A stretch of 64,000 nt of DNA. Source: Octopus vulgaris (taxonomy: Eukaryota). The stretch spans positions 868,001-932,000 of the forward strand of contig OX597828.1 in assembly GCA_951406725.2 (NCBI GenBank), in the 5' to 3' direction. A model generated the notes under the pieces. That model did no database searches, was not told the DNA's origin, and saw nothing but the letters and a program-made list of their open reading frames with translations. Every line of letters starts with the position of its first letter. Positions within the stretch are counted from its first letter, which is position 1. Of this stretch, positions 13,447 to 28,549 are shown piece after piece. The translations under genes were made by a program, and so were the position numbers.

Positions 13447-13678
13447 TGTGGTGTTGGCGGTCGGTATTATGGGACGTGATGAGCTATGTGGTGCTGGTGG
13501 ACAGGATGACTGAGGGGTGCATGCGTGGGAGGAAGCGGATGCGGTCAAGGACAACACACGTGTGGTCAGCGAGGAAGCGCGGCAGTTCCAGCATAGATGG
13601 CAAAGCGACAAGACGTGTTGAATTCATGAGTGACCGTTGCTTCTTTTTTCTGTTGTCCTCTTCATCCATCACACTACA
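13447..13678 (+). repeat. 3' LTR (shorter than the 5' LTR by two internal indels)
   Basis: tgtggtgttggcgg...cacactaca, followed by TSD aacg. Confidence 0.9.
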
Positions 13679-13905
13679 AACGTAAGGTGCACTGTTGGTT
13701 CAGTTGAGCTATTCCGCTACATTTTCATAATCCGCCAAGCTGGGATCTCATAACTTTGCCGTATCCCTGAAAGGGTGGCTCAACGCGTACTTTACCCTGC
13801 CAAAGGGCAACCCATAATGAAGCAGGGACACGGTCGTCGGTCCGTGAGGAACTTTTTAAATAGTCGCATACTCTAATATGTGTATGTATATATATATATA
13901 CATAC

Positions 13906-13958
<53 letters not shown>

Positions 13959-13967
13959 CATACATAC

Positions 13968-14002
<35 letters not shown>

Positions 14003-14003
14003 C

Positions 14004-14053
<50 letters not shown>

Positions 14054-14076
14054 ATACATACATATATATATATATA

Positions 14077-14472
14077 CTAGCAGTATCGCCCGGCGTTGCT
14101 CGGGTTTGTAAGGGAAATAATTATATAAGCATTTTTAGAGATGTAAAGTATAATAGCCATCTCAATATGGCTAACCACAAAGGGGGAGGGGTGTTACTGT
14201 AGCTTTTTACGTTCTGAGATTTAATAATAAATTTTAGAGAGTTACTTCCCTTATATATGTCAAAAATGGATTAAAAATGGGAAAAATTGATGGTAATTTT
14301 TTTTTTTAAATCGTAGACTCATCGTAGACGCGCGCTAATACCCAGACGGTCTCGATATGAATCACGACTATAAGATACCCGGTTTTGGTTAAACTGCACC
14401 GCAAAATGTGGGAGTAGTTAGGAATCTAAATCGTAGGAGACAGACACACAACCTCACTTTTATATATAAAGA
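14077..14472 (-). mobile_element. Non-autonomous Helitron
   Basis: Minus strand begins TC(tttatatataaaag), ends with hairpin cccgagcaacgccggg then CTAG; sits between A and T with no TSD. Confidence 0.8.
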
Positions 14473-14535
14473 TTTCCTCTATTTACATAATATTGAGGTC
14501 TCTTTCTTTCTTTTGTTATCTTACTGTTTTTACCA

Positions 14536-14574
<39 letters not shown>

Positions 14575-14584
14575 TATATATAGT

Positions 14585-14905
14585 TACAGAGATGTACTTG
14601 CATAGCAAGTGACTTGATCTGAGATCGTGTGCTGGAACGAAAACAGTTGCAGCGTTGAAGGTGTTTATAAGCCATTTAAGAAACACACAAAAATCGTTAG
14701 ATTCACTTCAACATTTAAATTTAATTTGTCAAAATATTTTCGGCGCTTTGAGACCGCGACCTGTTAGCACGATATTTTTGTCAGTGAACAGGTCGCGGTC
14801 TCAAAGCGAGGAAAATATTTTGGCAAATTAAATTTAAATGTTGAAGTGAATCTAACGGTTTTTGTGTGTTTCTTAAATGGCTTACAAACACCTTCCACGT
14901 TGCAA
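14585..14905. mobile_element. Fold-back element (about 120-bp inverted arms), probably an inverted PLE pseudo-LTR fragment
   Basis: 14646-14765 is the reverse complement of about 14787-14904; TA-rich flanks; hammerhead-like motif at 14777-14827. Confidence 0.65.
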
Positions 14906-14989
14906 TATATATATACACACATATATATATATGTATGTATGTATGTATGTGTGTATATGTGTATGCATGTATGTGTGTGTGTGTGCGTG

Positions 14990-15205
14990 TCTGTGCTTGT
15001 GATTGTCCTCCACCACTGCTTGACAACGAATGTTGGTTTGTTTACATCCCTCTCACCTAGTGGTTTGACAAAGGAAACAGATAGAATAAGTACAATGCTT
15101 ACAAAAATAAAACTGGAGTTGATTCATTAAACTACAATTCTTCAAGGCATTGCCCCAGCATGGCCACAGACCAATGGCTGGAAAAAGCAGAAGAATAAAA
15201 GAATA
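14990..15205 (+). mobile_element. SINE 3' half
   Basis: gcttgacaac..gatagaataagtac..ccccagcatggccacag..ggctg, as in the other SINEs. Confidence 0.7.
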
Positions 15206-15269
15206 CATTCTCTGCTTTGGTCTTATGTTCAAGGCATGAGAAAGCTTGAGTTTACATGAGAAGGCCTAA

Positions 15270-15535
15270 CAGACCTGGTAGAAACAGCAGCCAAATCTCC
15301 CTCAAATCACACCTTACTGTCTTATGTATGTATATATATATGAGCCAATGAGGGGGACCTCTAAATGGTAGCTAGACCTGGTAGAAATAGCAGCCAAATT
15401 TCCCCCAAATCACACCTTACTGTCTTATCTATGTATATATGTATGTATGAGCCTATGAGGGAGACCCCTACATGGCAGCTAGACATGGTAGAAATAGCAG
15501 CCAAATGTCCCTCAAATCACACCTTACTGTCTTAT
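15270..15535 (+). repeat. Tandem repeat, about 105-bp unit, about 2.5 copies
   Basis: agacctggtagaaatagcagccaaat..caaatcacaccttactgtctta recurs at about 15271, 15374 and 15481. Confidence 0.85.
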
Positions 15536-16047
15536 CTTTCTGCTACTTGGATATAGGTCTTACATTCGTCGTAAAAAACTTTCCTGTCACACACTCACGC
15601 ACACGCACACACACACACACACACGTACCCTCACACATACACGCGCACACACACACACACACACACACTCACACACACGCACGTTAGCTTACAATTTTAT
15701 TTATATATTTGCGTGTCTATGTGTGGAAAGAGGAAGTGGGAGGCAGAGTGAAAGAATCACTCACTACAGTAAGTGAATTACTTTCATTTTATTCCTTGCC
15801 CACTGTGTGTGTGCGTTTGCGTGTGGTGTAAACCAGACTAAGAAAAGCATTTGACACACACACCAGAATGTGAGTTTTCTGTAAATTTTGCTTAATTGGA
15901 GTTTAAATTTTAAAAACTGGACCTGGCATGACGCGATGCATTGTACTCTTAAAAATGCTAGGTAAATTGTAATTGAAGAAATCCTATATTGTAGATTTGT
16001 ATAACTCCCAAAGGGAGGCAGATAAAATCTGCCTTTTATAATAAGAG

Positions 16048-16110
<63 letters not shown>

Positions 16111-16314
16111 CATACATATATATATATATATATTCAACAACAATTGAGGAATGGCCTTAATAGGCCATTCGACCCACTAGAAAGAGCAGCCATTCCTCAA
16201 TTGTTGTTAAATTTATATATATAGTCTATGACTATTTTCTCTTTCTCACTAGACCGCTGGTGGCGAAAAAAATTTCTATTGAATTTTTTGCTACCCTATA
16301 TTGATTAATTGATG

Positions 16315-16382
<68 letters not shown>

Positions 16383-16649
16383 TATACGTATTATATATAT
16401 ATAAATTATAAGAGGGTTACCACTATGTGGATAGCTCTAGTGCTAAAAATAGCTCCGAGCACTAGAGCTATCCACTTAGTGGCAACCCTCTAATAATTTA
16501 TGTATAAATTTGTATTTTCTCCCTAGTTTTTTGTGCTAAGCCACTCGGTGTTAAATTAATGGTATTATTAAATTAATATCGATTTTTCACCCTCATTTAT
16601 AAATTTTATATATATATATATATATACATACATACATACATATATATAT

Positions 16650-19609
<2,960 letters not shown>

Positions 19610-19614
19610 CATAT

Positions 19615-20255
19615 ATAATTTATAAAATAAGGGGAAAAGAAAAATTCTAATGCCAAATATGTTGAAAATAGATAAAATTGTCAATAACCATTATAATTTA
19701 TGCGTCTCGAAACAAGCCGATAGAAATTTCTAAAACATTCCGTTATTACCGTATTGGTCCCAATTTCAGAGTTAATTCATAAGAATTTTCTCCTTCTCAG
19801 CGATAAATACGTAAGACATAAATGAAATACTTACTCATACTCATGGAAAAAGCAACCACTAAGTCCTGAGCAGACCTAAGTACCCCAAATATATCCAAAA
19901 TAGAAAATCTTCAGCACATCTCGTGACACGTGTGACGCGAACTAGAAACTTTCACAGAGTGAGAGATTCCGGAAGTGAACACTATTAAATTTACATCTAA
20001 GGTAGGATAACATTTTTTCGAAAAAAAAAATTATCAATGGCCAGCATATTAAAAAATACCTTTAAAGTTTAAATTTATAAATAACTTATAAAATAAGGGC
20101 AAAAGAAAAATTCTAATGCCAAATATGCCAAAAATAGACAAAATTGTCAATAACCATTATAATTTATGCGTCTCAAAACAAGCCGATAGAAATTTCTAAA
20201 AAAATTCCGTTATTACCGTATTGGTCCCAATTTCAGAGTTAATTCATAAGAATTC
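19615..20255 (-). mobile_element. PLE pseudo-LTR with partial tandem duplication (about 470-bp period) and a degenerate hammerhead
   Basis: 19620-19786 repeated at 20086-20255. Minus 19744-19809: tatttatcg-CTGAGAA-ggag..ctct-GAAA-ttgggaccaa-TA-cggtaata. Confidence 0.65.
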
Positions 20256-22750
20256 TATCGGCTTGTTTGTATGAGTACAGCTTGCACCATGAATAGGGCA
20301 TTGGTGAGGTTGAGCAGGGACTCCACCTGTGCTTGCTTGCAATGAGTCATTCCTGAGAGTATGAGAGAATCAGGTGAGCAATATGTATTGCATATGACTA
20401 TATTATGTTGTCTTATGTATACAATTAGACTGTCACATACCGAATTTGAGTATAATAGTAAGACCTGGGGTGTGAGGTCATCACGGATGTACACAGCAAC
20501 TTCACCATGGCTCCTTTCCCTTCTGTCTGTTCGCAGTATGGCATATTTTGGTACGTGTACTTCTGCGCCCTCTATATCAGGGCTGAGAAGAGTTTCCACG
20601 AGTGCTATGCATAGGGCTTGATTGCATGCAGTAAGATCTCTCAGGAAAGACATTTTGCTCTTATCATAATGCAACAGGCCCCCAAAATTTAGTAAATATA
20701 TTGGGGTGACGACTGTGCAGGCTTTAGGGGAGGCCATCCCGTATCTGTTGACTGTGGTGGTCTTGCGCAGTGGTGGGCAAGGTTCCTTGTTTGTGGTTGG
20801 TATAGCCAGGTCAGCTGCTGTACAATTCTTTGCATCATGCACAAAAAGACTCTTGTTCAGCTGCTGCGTTGCGCAGAACATCAGAGGAGCACACTTCTTT
20901 TCTGAATGTTTTCCTTGGAGACATTTGTTGTCTTTCGTCAGTGGAGCTTCTCTCTTTAAGGCCCCTGTAGTTCTAGCGGGGTGTCGGGTGGGCAAACCGG
21001 CAGTTTTTGCTGTCCTCCTCATGCCAATATTTGCCCTGCAGGGAAAATTTGCAAGTTCTTGGGTGCCTTCCAGATTTCTTCTTTCCTGTAGTGTTTTGGA
21101 TTACATTGGATCCTCCATGGGGTTTTCTGTTGTTTATTTGATGGGTTGGGGTTTCGGTTTTGGTTGTTTTGCCTTTTCCTTTTTCTTCCTTTCCTTCTTT
21201 ATTTTTGCCTTCCGTCCTTCCTTTTTTCTTCTGTTTTTCTAATAGGGTGAGGACTGTTCCTTTGTAGGACCACCGGCACAGGGAGGCTTCCAGTTACTGC
21301 TTCCTTGGCTCCCCTATCCTTTTCTGCCTGGTCGTTCACCGGGGCGGGTGATTCATTCTCTTGAGGAACCTCTGGATTACAGAGACTTCCGGGTTTTGCT
21401 TCCTTTTCTTTTTCGTCTTCTCCATCCTTATTAGCCTTGCCACAATAATTTTTGATTATGTTATCCAAGGTGTTGATGTGTGGTCTTATAAGCATGTAAG
21501 ACCGGATAAATTCACTCTTCTTCCGCTCTATCTGGACAATGGTTCTGTGAAAGCCATTGTTCTTTAGTGCAGCAGTGATGATGTTGTTTGGCGGATCGCC
21601 ACTAGCAATCATACATGCTCGTAGCAGAAGATTTAATTCTTTCTTTTCCCACTTTGATGCCATCTTCGTTTTTTAAGCCCAGGGGGGAAGTAGAGGCTAG
21701 AGAGGTAATGAGAGATAGAGGGAGGTAGAGAAGGAGAAACACAGAGGGGGGAATAGAGAAAGAGAGAGGGAGATATGAAGGAAAGAGAGAGGTACCATGA
21801 AGGAAATAGAGATGGTGATATGAGGAAAGCAAGGGGGTGTGGTGTGTTAAAGAGACAGAGGAAGGGGAGAAAAAGAGAGACAGAGTGAGGGAGAGGAGGG
21901 GAATAGAAAGAGAGACAGAGTGAAGAGGAGGGGAAGAGAAAGAGAGGCAGAGTGAAGGAGAGGAGGGAAAGAGGGAAAGAGAGAGATGGAGGGAGGGAGA
22001 GGGGGGCAAGAGAAAGAGAGACAGAGTGAGGGAGAGACAGGAAAGGATGAAGGATGTGAGAGAGAGAGGGAGAAACGGAGCGAGAAGAATGGGCAAATGA
22101 GAAGTATATGAGTGAGAAGGTGAGGTGACAGGAGGAGAGGTAGATGTGAGATGGAAAGGAAAGAGAAGTGAGAAAAGAGGAGGATATGAAAGGGAGAAAG
22201 ATGAGAAAAATAGTAAGATATAAAGAGAGATAATGAAAGGGAGAGAGGAGCTGGAAATGGAGGAAATATGTAAAGGAGGAGAGAGGAAGAGGTAGATATG
22301 AAGACTGTGGGAGTAGGTACGAAATGTGTAGGGAAACGAAAAACACTATATAATTCTAAACTCAATACGATTTATAATTCTAAATAATTTTAATGAGATA
22401 AAGTGAAAAAAAGGAACGATAGGGTAAAGAAAGGGGCTTCGTAATTTCTAGTTTTCAAATAGATTGAAAGCGAAGTGGACGCTGTAATAGAAGTTGAAAG
22501 AAAATTATTCTCAGAAAATAAACAAAAATGAAGTCGTAATTCAGATGTTACCTTAAGTTAAAGGAAAATAAACAAATGAAAAGGATACTTATTCGCAAGA
22601 GGTAAAATTCCAAATCCTTGTTCTTGTACGAAGAAGTTTTCTTTCAAAAAGGAAAACAATTCTTTCTGCTTCTTACATTCGGCTGGAAATAAAAGTACGA
22701 CGAAAACTGCGTAACTGACTTTAATGTATTATATTCGGCTTGTAGCGAAA
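20256..22750 (-). mobile_element. CR1/L2-group LINE, subfamily C: 5' UTR, ORF1 and start of APE domain, 3'-truncated and decayed
   Basis: ORF at 21663 MASKWEKKELNLLLRAC..AALKNNGFHRTIVQIERKKSEFIRSY is homologous to ORF1 at 37950. 20255-20740 encodes [29 protein letters not shown]. The 5' UTR is polypyrimidine. Confidence 0.85.
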
Positions 22751-22754
22751 TATA

Positions 22755-23131
22755 TCTCTCTCTATATAAACGGCAGTTTGTCTGTGTGTGTTTCTGTGTG
22801 TCTGTTAGGTTGTACCCTCACCCTGACCACGGCTTTCAACCGATTCTGATGAAACTTGACACACACATAGCCCAATGTCATAATTCAAAACTAACGCAGC
22901 GAAAATTTTGAAAAGTTCCCCCAGTTCTGAAAAAAATCGATAAATTCGACATGGGGTCGAGAATCAGAAACACAAACCACAGACCGTCTAGGGGACGCAA
23001 CTCCACCTTTTTTAACTCTCAAAAAAAAAAATTTACCATAATTTTTTTTCCATTTTTTGGCTATAACTCTCTAAAAATGCTTTATAGTTATTTCCCTTAC
23101 AAACCCGAGCAACGCCGGGTGATACTGCTAG
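22755..23131 (+). mobile_element. Non-autonomous Helitron
   Basis: A|TCtctctctatataaa start; 3' hairpin cccgagcaacgccggg then CTAG|T; 3' end shared with 14077-14472. Confidence 0.8.
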
Positions 23132-23329
23132 TAAGCATTATTTCGTAAGTTTGAGCTAATAGATCGTGATATCTTGACTTGCTTTCAAAACATAATTATT
23201 AGTAACAATTATTGAGCCTAACAGACATATTCGACCCTCTAATGTACGACCTGTCTCTCATCCTTAATATAGCGGCATTAAATGTAGAATAAGTTTTTAT
23301 ATATATAATAAGTTTTTATATACATCGGT

Positions 23330-24102
23330 AAATACCTGTGACTTTTTCTTTGTCTTGACGAAAGTGTCGATGGTATTGCGTCAACAGCTCCAGTAGCTAT
23401 TATTGCACAATATTTTCACGGAGATTCTGTCCAGAATGGTGAATTAAATTGAAAAAATTACATCAAAAAGGCGATAAATGACTTGTTTTTAAAATGTTTT
23501 GTTAAAGACAAAATTGTCAAAAATAATTTCGGTTACGAATGATGACGCACGCAATATGGAAGACAGGAATGTCTACTTTGTAAAGCAATTTACAGAAGCT
23601 GTTGGTCATCCAGTTGTTGTTGTTTTTTTTTCTCTTGTATTTTACACGAGTAAGTCCTGTGTGGAAAATAATGCTTCAAATATTTCGATGTGATGACAAG
23701 GGATGTGACAAAGACAAGACGAAAATATTAATTTTTAACTAAAGTTAAAACCATTTACGGTGGTTTACTAATGAACAATAATGTGTGTTGGTTGGGTTTT
23801 GGTTAAATACTTGTCAAATATTTAAGTGATATGAAACTATTTATAGGTATGAAAAGCTTGAAGCATGATATTCTTCGGTTAAATTATTTTTCTTGGTTCA
23901 GTAAATTTAGGATTGTGAAAAATTCTCAGCTCTAAATGATATAAAAAATAAACAAGACAAATAAAATAAGTCATTGCTAATATAGTAATGACTGCTAAAA
24001 TAGTATGTATGCATATATGTTTATGAATAAATTTATAACTATATTTACCTTTCATGTCTACATTCATCCATCCACCCATCCATCCATCCATCCATCCATC
24101 CC

Positions 24103-24135
<33 letters not shown>

Positions 24136-24678
24136 TTCTCTCTCCTCTAATCATGTGTGTGTGAGTGTGTAACTGTGTCTTTTCATTTCTGTCTGTGTGT
24201 GTGTTTGTGCGTGTGTGTGAGTGTGTGTGTGTGTGAGTGATTGCTTTCATTTCTGTTTGTGTGTGTGAGTGTGTAACTGTGTATTTTCATTTCTGTGTTT
24301 GTGTGTGTGTGTATTTTTGCGTGTGTGTGGGTGTGTGTGTGAGTGAGTGTTTTCACTTCAGTGTTTGTGTGTGCGTGTGAGACTGTTTTCATTTCTGTGT
24401 GTGCGTGTGTGTGAGCGACTGTGTTTTCATTTGATGATGTGTGCGCGACAATTACAGCTACAACAAACACACATTTTCATATCACTAACTACTAAATCAA
24501 AAGAAATTCAATTTATTGCATCTTTAGCGACTTCAGATACTGCTTCAGATATTTCTCATATGGTGCTTCAAAATTGGATAAAACAAATTATCATACTGCG
24601 GGGGGGGGGGGGGGCTGAGATTTAAACTGTGAGTGCTAAGCACCCCCATAGCCCCATCCCCCGTAGCTACGTGCCTGG
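23330..24678 (+). mobile_element. Degraded hAT (Charlie/SPIN-like) transposase relic with a possible terminal repeat
   Basis: CLDESVD, IISVTNDDARNM, CILHE-VLC motifs in broken frames; cccccgtagctacgtgcctg at about 24658-24677 resembles a hAT end, link to the coding relic is unproven. Confidence 0.5.
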
Positions 24679-24960
24679 ACCGGCCACAATTGGTCTCATT
24701 CTGAGATCTCTCTGCTGTGGAATATTTATGACTATAGAAGTTGACTTGTTACAGGCTTCGTTTATGACCTCACTTTTGTGGATTTTGGGAAGTCCAGAGA
24801 AGTTACTGACATTGCAGTCGAATCTAGTCGAGTAATTCGTCTCCTTTTTTGTTAAATCTTGTTGGAACTGGTGGATAAGGGCAGACAGTTTGGTCATTAT
24901 CTTCGATTGACTGTAGTTGTTGAATTTTAGTAGTAAGTATTGGCTTGAAGGAGGGTTAGG
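24678..24960 (-). pseudogene. Penelope-like RT N-terminal fragment
   Basis: NFSGLPKIHKS..DLRMRPIVAGP, matching the RT at 34570-35350. Confidence 0.8.
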
Positions 24961-24979
24961 TGTTTATGTAGTTTTCTGA

Positions 24980-25180
24980 TGGTAGTGGGGACAAACACAG
25001 GAACACAATCGTATACATATATACACTTGTATACAACGGGCTTTTTTCAGTTTCCGCGACCAAATCTAATCATAAGGATTCGATCGGTCCGAGGCTATAG
25101 AAGAAAACACTTGCCTAAGGTGCCACGCAGTGGGGCTGAACTTGGAAACATGTGGTTGGTAAGCATGCTACTTACCACAC
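24980..25180 (-). mobile_element. SINE 5' half
   Basis: Reverse complement of the SINE head (gtggtaagtagc..ccaaccacatg..ccactgcgtggcacc). Confidence 0.75.
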
Positions 25181-25495
25181 ACACACAGATATATATATAT
25201 ATATATATTCCGGTTCTTGACAGAAGATTGAAGGCTTCGAATGTCCCGTCCGTGTTTTTTGTATCATCTTCTAAATGTTTTACGTTCTTGTCCCAGTTTG
25301 TATTTTTCTACACATAATATATATATATATATATATATATACTTTCAGTAAAAACAATTAAGATTCAAGTGAGTTCTATTGAATTCACATGAATGCGGTA
25401 CTTAACTTAGATGCACCAGAAATCTATACGGTATTAACCATAAAATAATGTGGGGTGATTATAAACAAGAAAAAGGCAACAAGAATGGATTAGTT

Positions 25496-25587
25496 GTTCA
25501 GTACAATTGTTTCACACGAATAACAGCTTTATTAAAAGCTACAAATATTGCAGCAAATACAAGTGTCTCGTATTCATCAGCCAAAAC
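25496..25587 (-). ncRNA. Type I hammerhead motif with long stem II insertion
   Basis: Minus: tttgg-CTGATGA-atacga..tcgtgt-GAAA-caattg-TA-ctgaa; palindromic stem III acaattgt. Confidence 0.75.
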
Positions 25588-26277
25588 ACATGAGTTTTCC
25601 AAACATCCTAGGGGTGAGGCCACACTCATGAAGTATCGAAGAGAGTTCTATAAAAAGCAAAGTTAGATTGTAAGCAGACTTCAAAAGTTCTCTAATGATG
25701 CACAGTTTTATAAAAGGTTTTTAGCTATAATATTAACTATAATAACGATAAATATACTCATAATAATCAGAATAGCAACAATATGGGATATCTATCCTTA
25801 AATAATTCTACATTTGAAGATGATCCCCCTAGGTGTAATTGTAGAATTAAGTCAAAATGCCCGGCACCTGGTCTGTGTGGGGTAAATAACGTAATCTATA
25901 AATGTACCATAACTACTGAGAATAGCAAATTTTTTTTATTTAGTTTGTACTATAAAATTAAAACAAAGAGTTAGCAACCATATCTCCTCGTTTAAGTTAC
26001 GTCATAAAGCTGGTTGCACCACACTTTCAAGTAAGATCTGGGAACTCAAAAATAATAATATTAAATTTAACCTTAATTGGGAAATAGTTAGAAGAGCGAT
26101 GTCTTATAGAAATAACAGGGTAGGTTGCCAACTCTGCTCCATGGAGACATATGAAATTCTAAGGCATAGAAAAAATTAAAATTTGTTAAATAAATTGTTA
26201 AAAATTAAAAATTAAAAAATTAAAATTTGTTAAATAATTTGTTAAAAATTAAAATTTGTTAAATAATTTGTTAAAAA

Positions 26278-26710
26278 GGCGCAGGAGTGGCTGTGTGGTA
26301 AGTAGCTTGCCTACCAACCACATGGTTCTGGGTTCAGTCCCACTGCGTGGCATCTTGGGAAAGTGTCTTCTGCTATAGCCTCGGGCCGACCAAAGCCTTG
26401 TGAGTGGATTTGGTAGACGGAAACTGAAAGAAGCCTGTCGTATATATGTATATATATATATGTATGTATGTGTGTGTGTATATGTTTGTGTGTCTGTGTT
26501 TGTCCCTCTAGCATTGCTTGACAACCGATGCTGGTGTGTTTACGTCCCCGTTACTTAGCGGTTCGGCAAAAGAGACCGATAGAATAAGTACTGGGCTTAC
26601 AAAGAATAAGTTCCGGGATCGATTTGCTCGACTAAAGGCGGTGCTCCAGCATGGCCGCAGTCAAATGACTGAAACAACTAAAAGAGAAAAAAAGAGAGTA
26701 AAAGAGAGTA
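26278..26710 (+). mobile_element. Full-length tRNA-derived SINE with LINE-like 3' tail
   Basis: A box tggctgtgtggt, B box ggttcagtccc, central TA/TG tract, ggcggtgctccagcatggcc plus hairpin cagtc-aaat-gactg, gtaaaaga-type tail. Confidence 0.9.
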
Positions 26711-28023
26711 TAGAATTAGGTCTATCTTGTATTCACTCGAAAATTAAGACTCTTAAATATTTTAAATAAAAATCGTATAGAATAATCGTATGGAGCTAGG
26801 TCTATCCTGTGAGCTCTTCCACTGGTGTTCTTTCTTTCTAACTGTACCTGTTTTAGAACACAAAGAAATAAATGGTATTTGTACGTTGCCAAAAATTTTA
26901 ATTGACTATATAGTTAATTTAATTTAATCTAATTTTAATCTAATTTAATTAAACCAATTTAAATCAAATAAGTTGCTAATACTTCCTAATTCTATTCTAA
27001 GTTTAATAAGTAATGCTACTCCCTTAATGATAATATAAGGAATTTTCACTATGAATTTTCACTATTTTTTTAATAAACAATACTCTCACACCTTTTACTA
27101 TAGAAATTAATTGACCTCTAGGTATAGACCTAAAGTCTGTCTTACAATGTATAAACATTTGTATAAATAGTAACAATAATAAATAAATAAATAAGCTCCT
27201 GTTCTAGTATTGCACTTAAACCTCTTAATGTATTTTCCTCTACTGATAGCCTTTGACCCCTTTGATACTTTCTTTTGTTCTCTTTATATTCTTATATCTG
27301 CCTTTAACTCTGTAGGATTGGCTGTATGCTGGTCAAAAATAAAATTTAAAAAAAAAATTTTTTTTAATAATATTCTTTTATAAATCTCAGATTCCTGCAA
27401 CTCTGACCTAGATTTTCTGTCACCACAGAAATAAACTATTCTTTGTAGGTTGTGTACTTACACCCCTTCCTCTCATTTGTCCCATAATGCCCTATTTGGA
27501 CGGTTTTCTGCTTCACTAATTTCTTTTAGCCAATATAGTCAATCTCTTCTTCCAACATAGTAGTTTTGTGAAATGAACAGAAATGTGATCAGCATCTTCT
27601 CATATATCAGGAAATTACATCTACATTATTATGGATAAATTCATCGTCTCTGAGTATGAAATATCTCCTCACATCTCCGGAAATTATACCTGCATTATTA
27701 TGGATGGATTTACCTTTTCTGTGAGGCTAACAAACTTTTTTAAAAACCTTTTATAAAACTGTGCATCATTAGAGAACTTTTGAAGTCTGCTTACAATTTA
27801 ACTTTGCTTTTTATAGAACTCTCTTCGATACTTCATGAGTGTGGCCTCACACCCTAGGATATTTGGAAAACTCATATGTGTTTTGGCTAATGAATACTGG
27901 GCACTTGTATTTGCTGCAATATTTGTAGCTTTTGATAAAGCTATTCTTCGTATGAAACAATTGTACTGAACAACTAATCCATTCTTGTTGCTTTTTTCAT
28001 GTATATATATATATGTACGTATG

Positions 28024-28072
<49 letters not shown>

Positions 28073-28115
28073 GTATGTATGTATATATATATATATATAT
28101 ATGTACGTATGTATG

Positions 28116-28150
<35 letters not shown>

Positions 28151-28189
28151 GTACGTATGTATATATATATATATATATGTACGTATGTG

Positions 28190-28220
<31 letters not shown>

Positions 28221-28393
28221 ATTTATATATATATATATGTACGTATGTATATATATATATATGTACGTATTATGTATATATATATATATATATATATGTA
28301 CGTATGTATGTATATATATATATATGTACGTATTATATATATATATGTACGTATGTATGTATATATAAATATATATATATATATGTACGTATG

Positions 28394-28428
<35 letters not shown>

Positions 28429-28437
28429 GTATGTATG

Positions 28438-28497
<60 letters not shown>

Positions 28498-28549
28498 TAC
28501 GTATGTATATATATATATGTACGTATGTATATATATATATATATATTAT

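Larger units (their letters stand above)
9469..13678 (+). mobile_element. Full-length but decayed Ty3/Gypsy LTR retrotransposon
   Basis: Two homologous LTRs ending cacactaCA, 4-bp TSD aacg (9465-9468 and 13679-13682), G-rich PPT at about 13438-13445, domain order gag-PR-RT-RH-IN. Confidence 0.95.
25340..27998 (+). mobile_element. Penelope-like element: inverted 5' pseudo-LTR, GIY-YIG remnant, 3' pseudo-LTR; interrupted by a SINE
   Basis: 25470-25723 is an inverted copy of 27741-27998. 25830-26180 encodes CNCRIKSKCPAPGLCGVNNVIYKC..KQRVSNHISSF..TTLSSKIWELK..LNWEIV..CQLC (frameshifted). Hammerhead motif in both arms. Confidence 0.85.

Noticed and set aside
13700-13720. tRNA-like gcggaatagctcaactg on the minus strand just outside the 3' LTR
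   Set aside because: No B box or cloverleaf follows; the resemblance to the PBS is probably chance.
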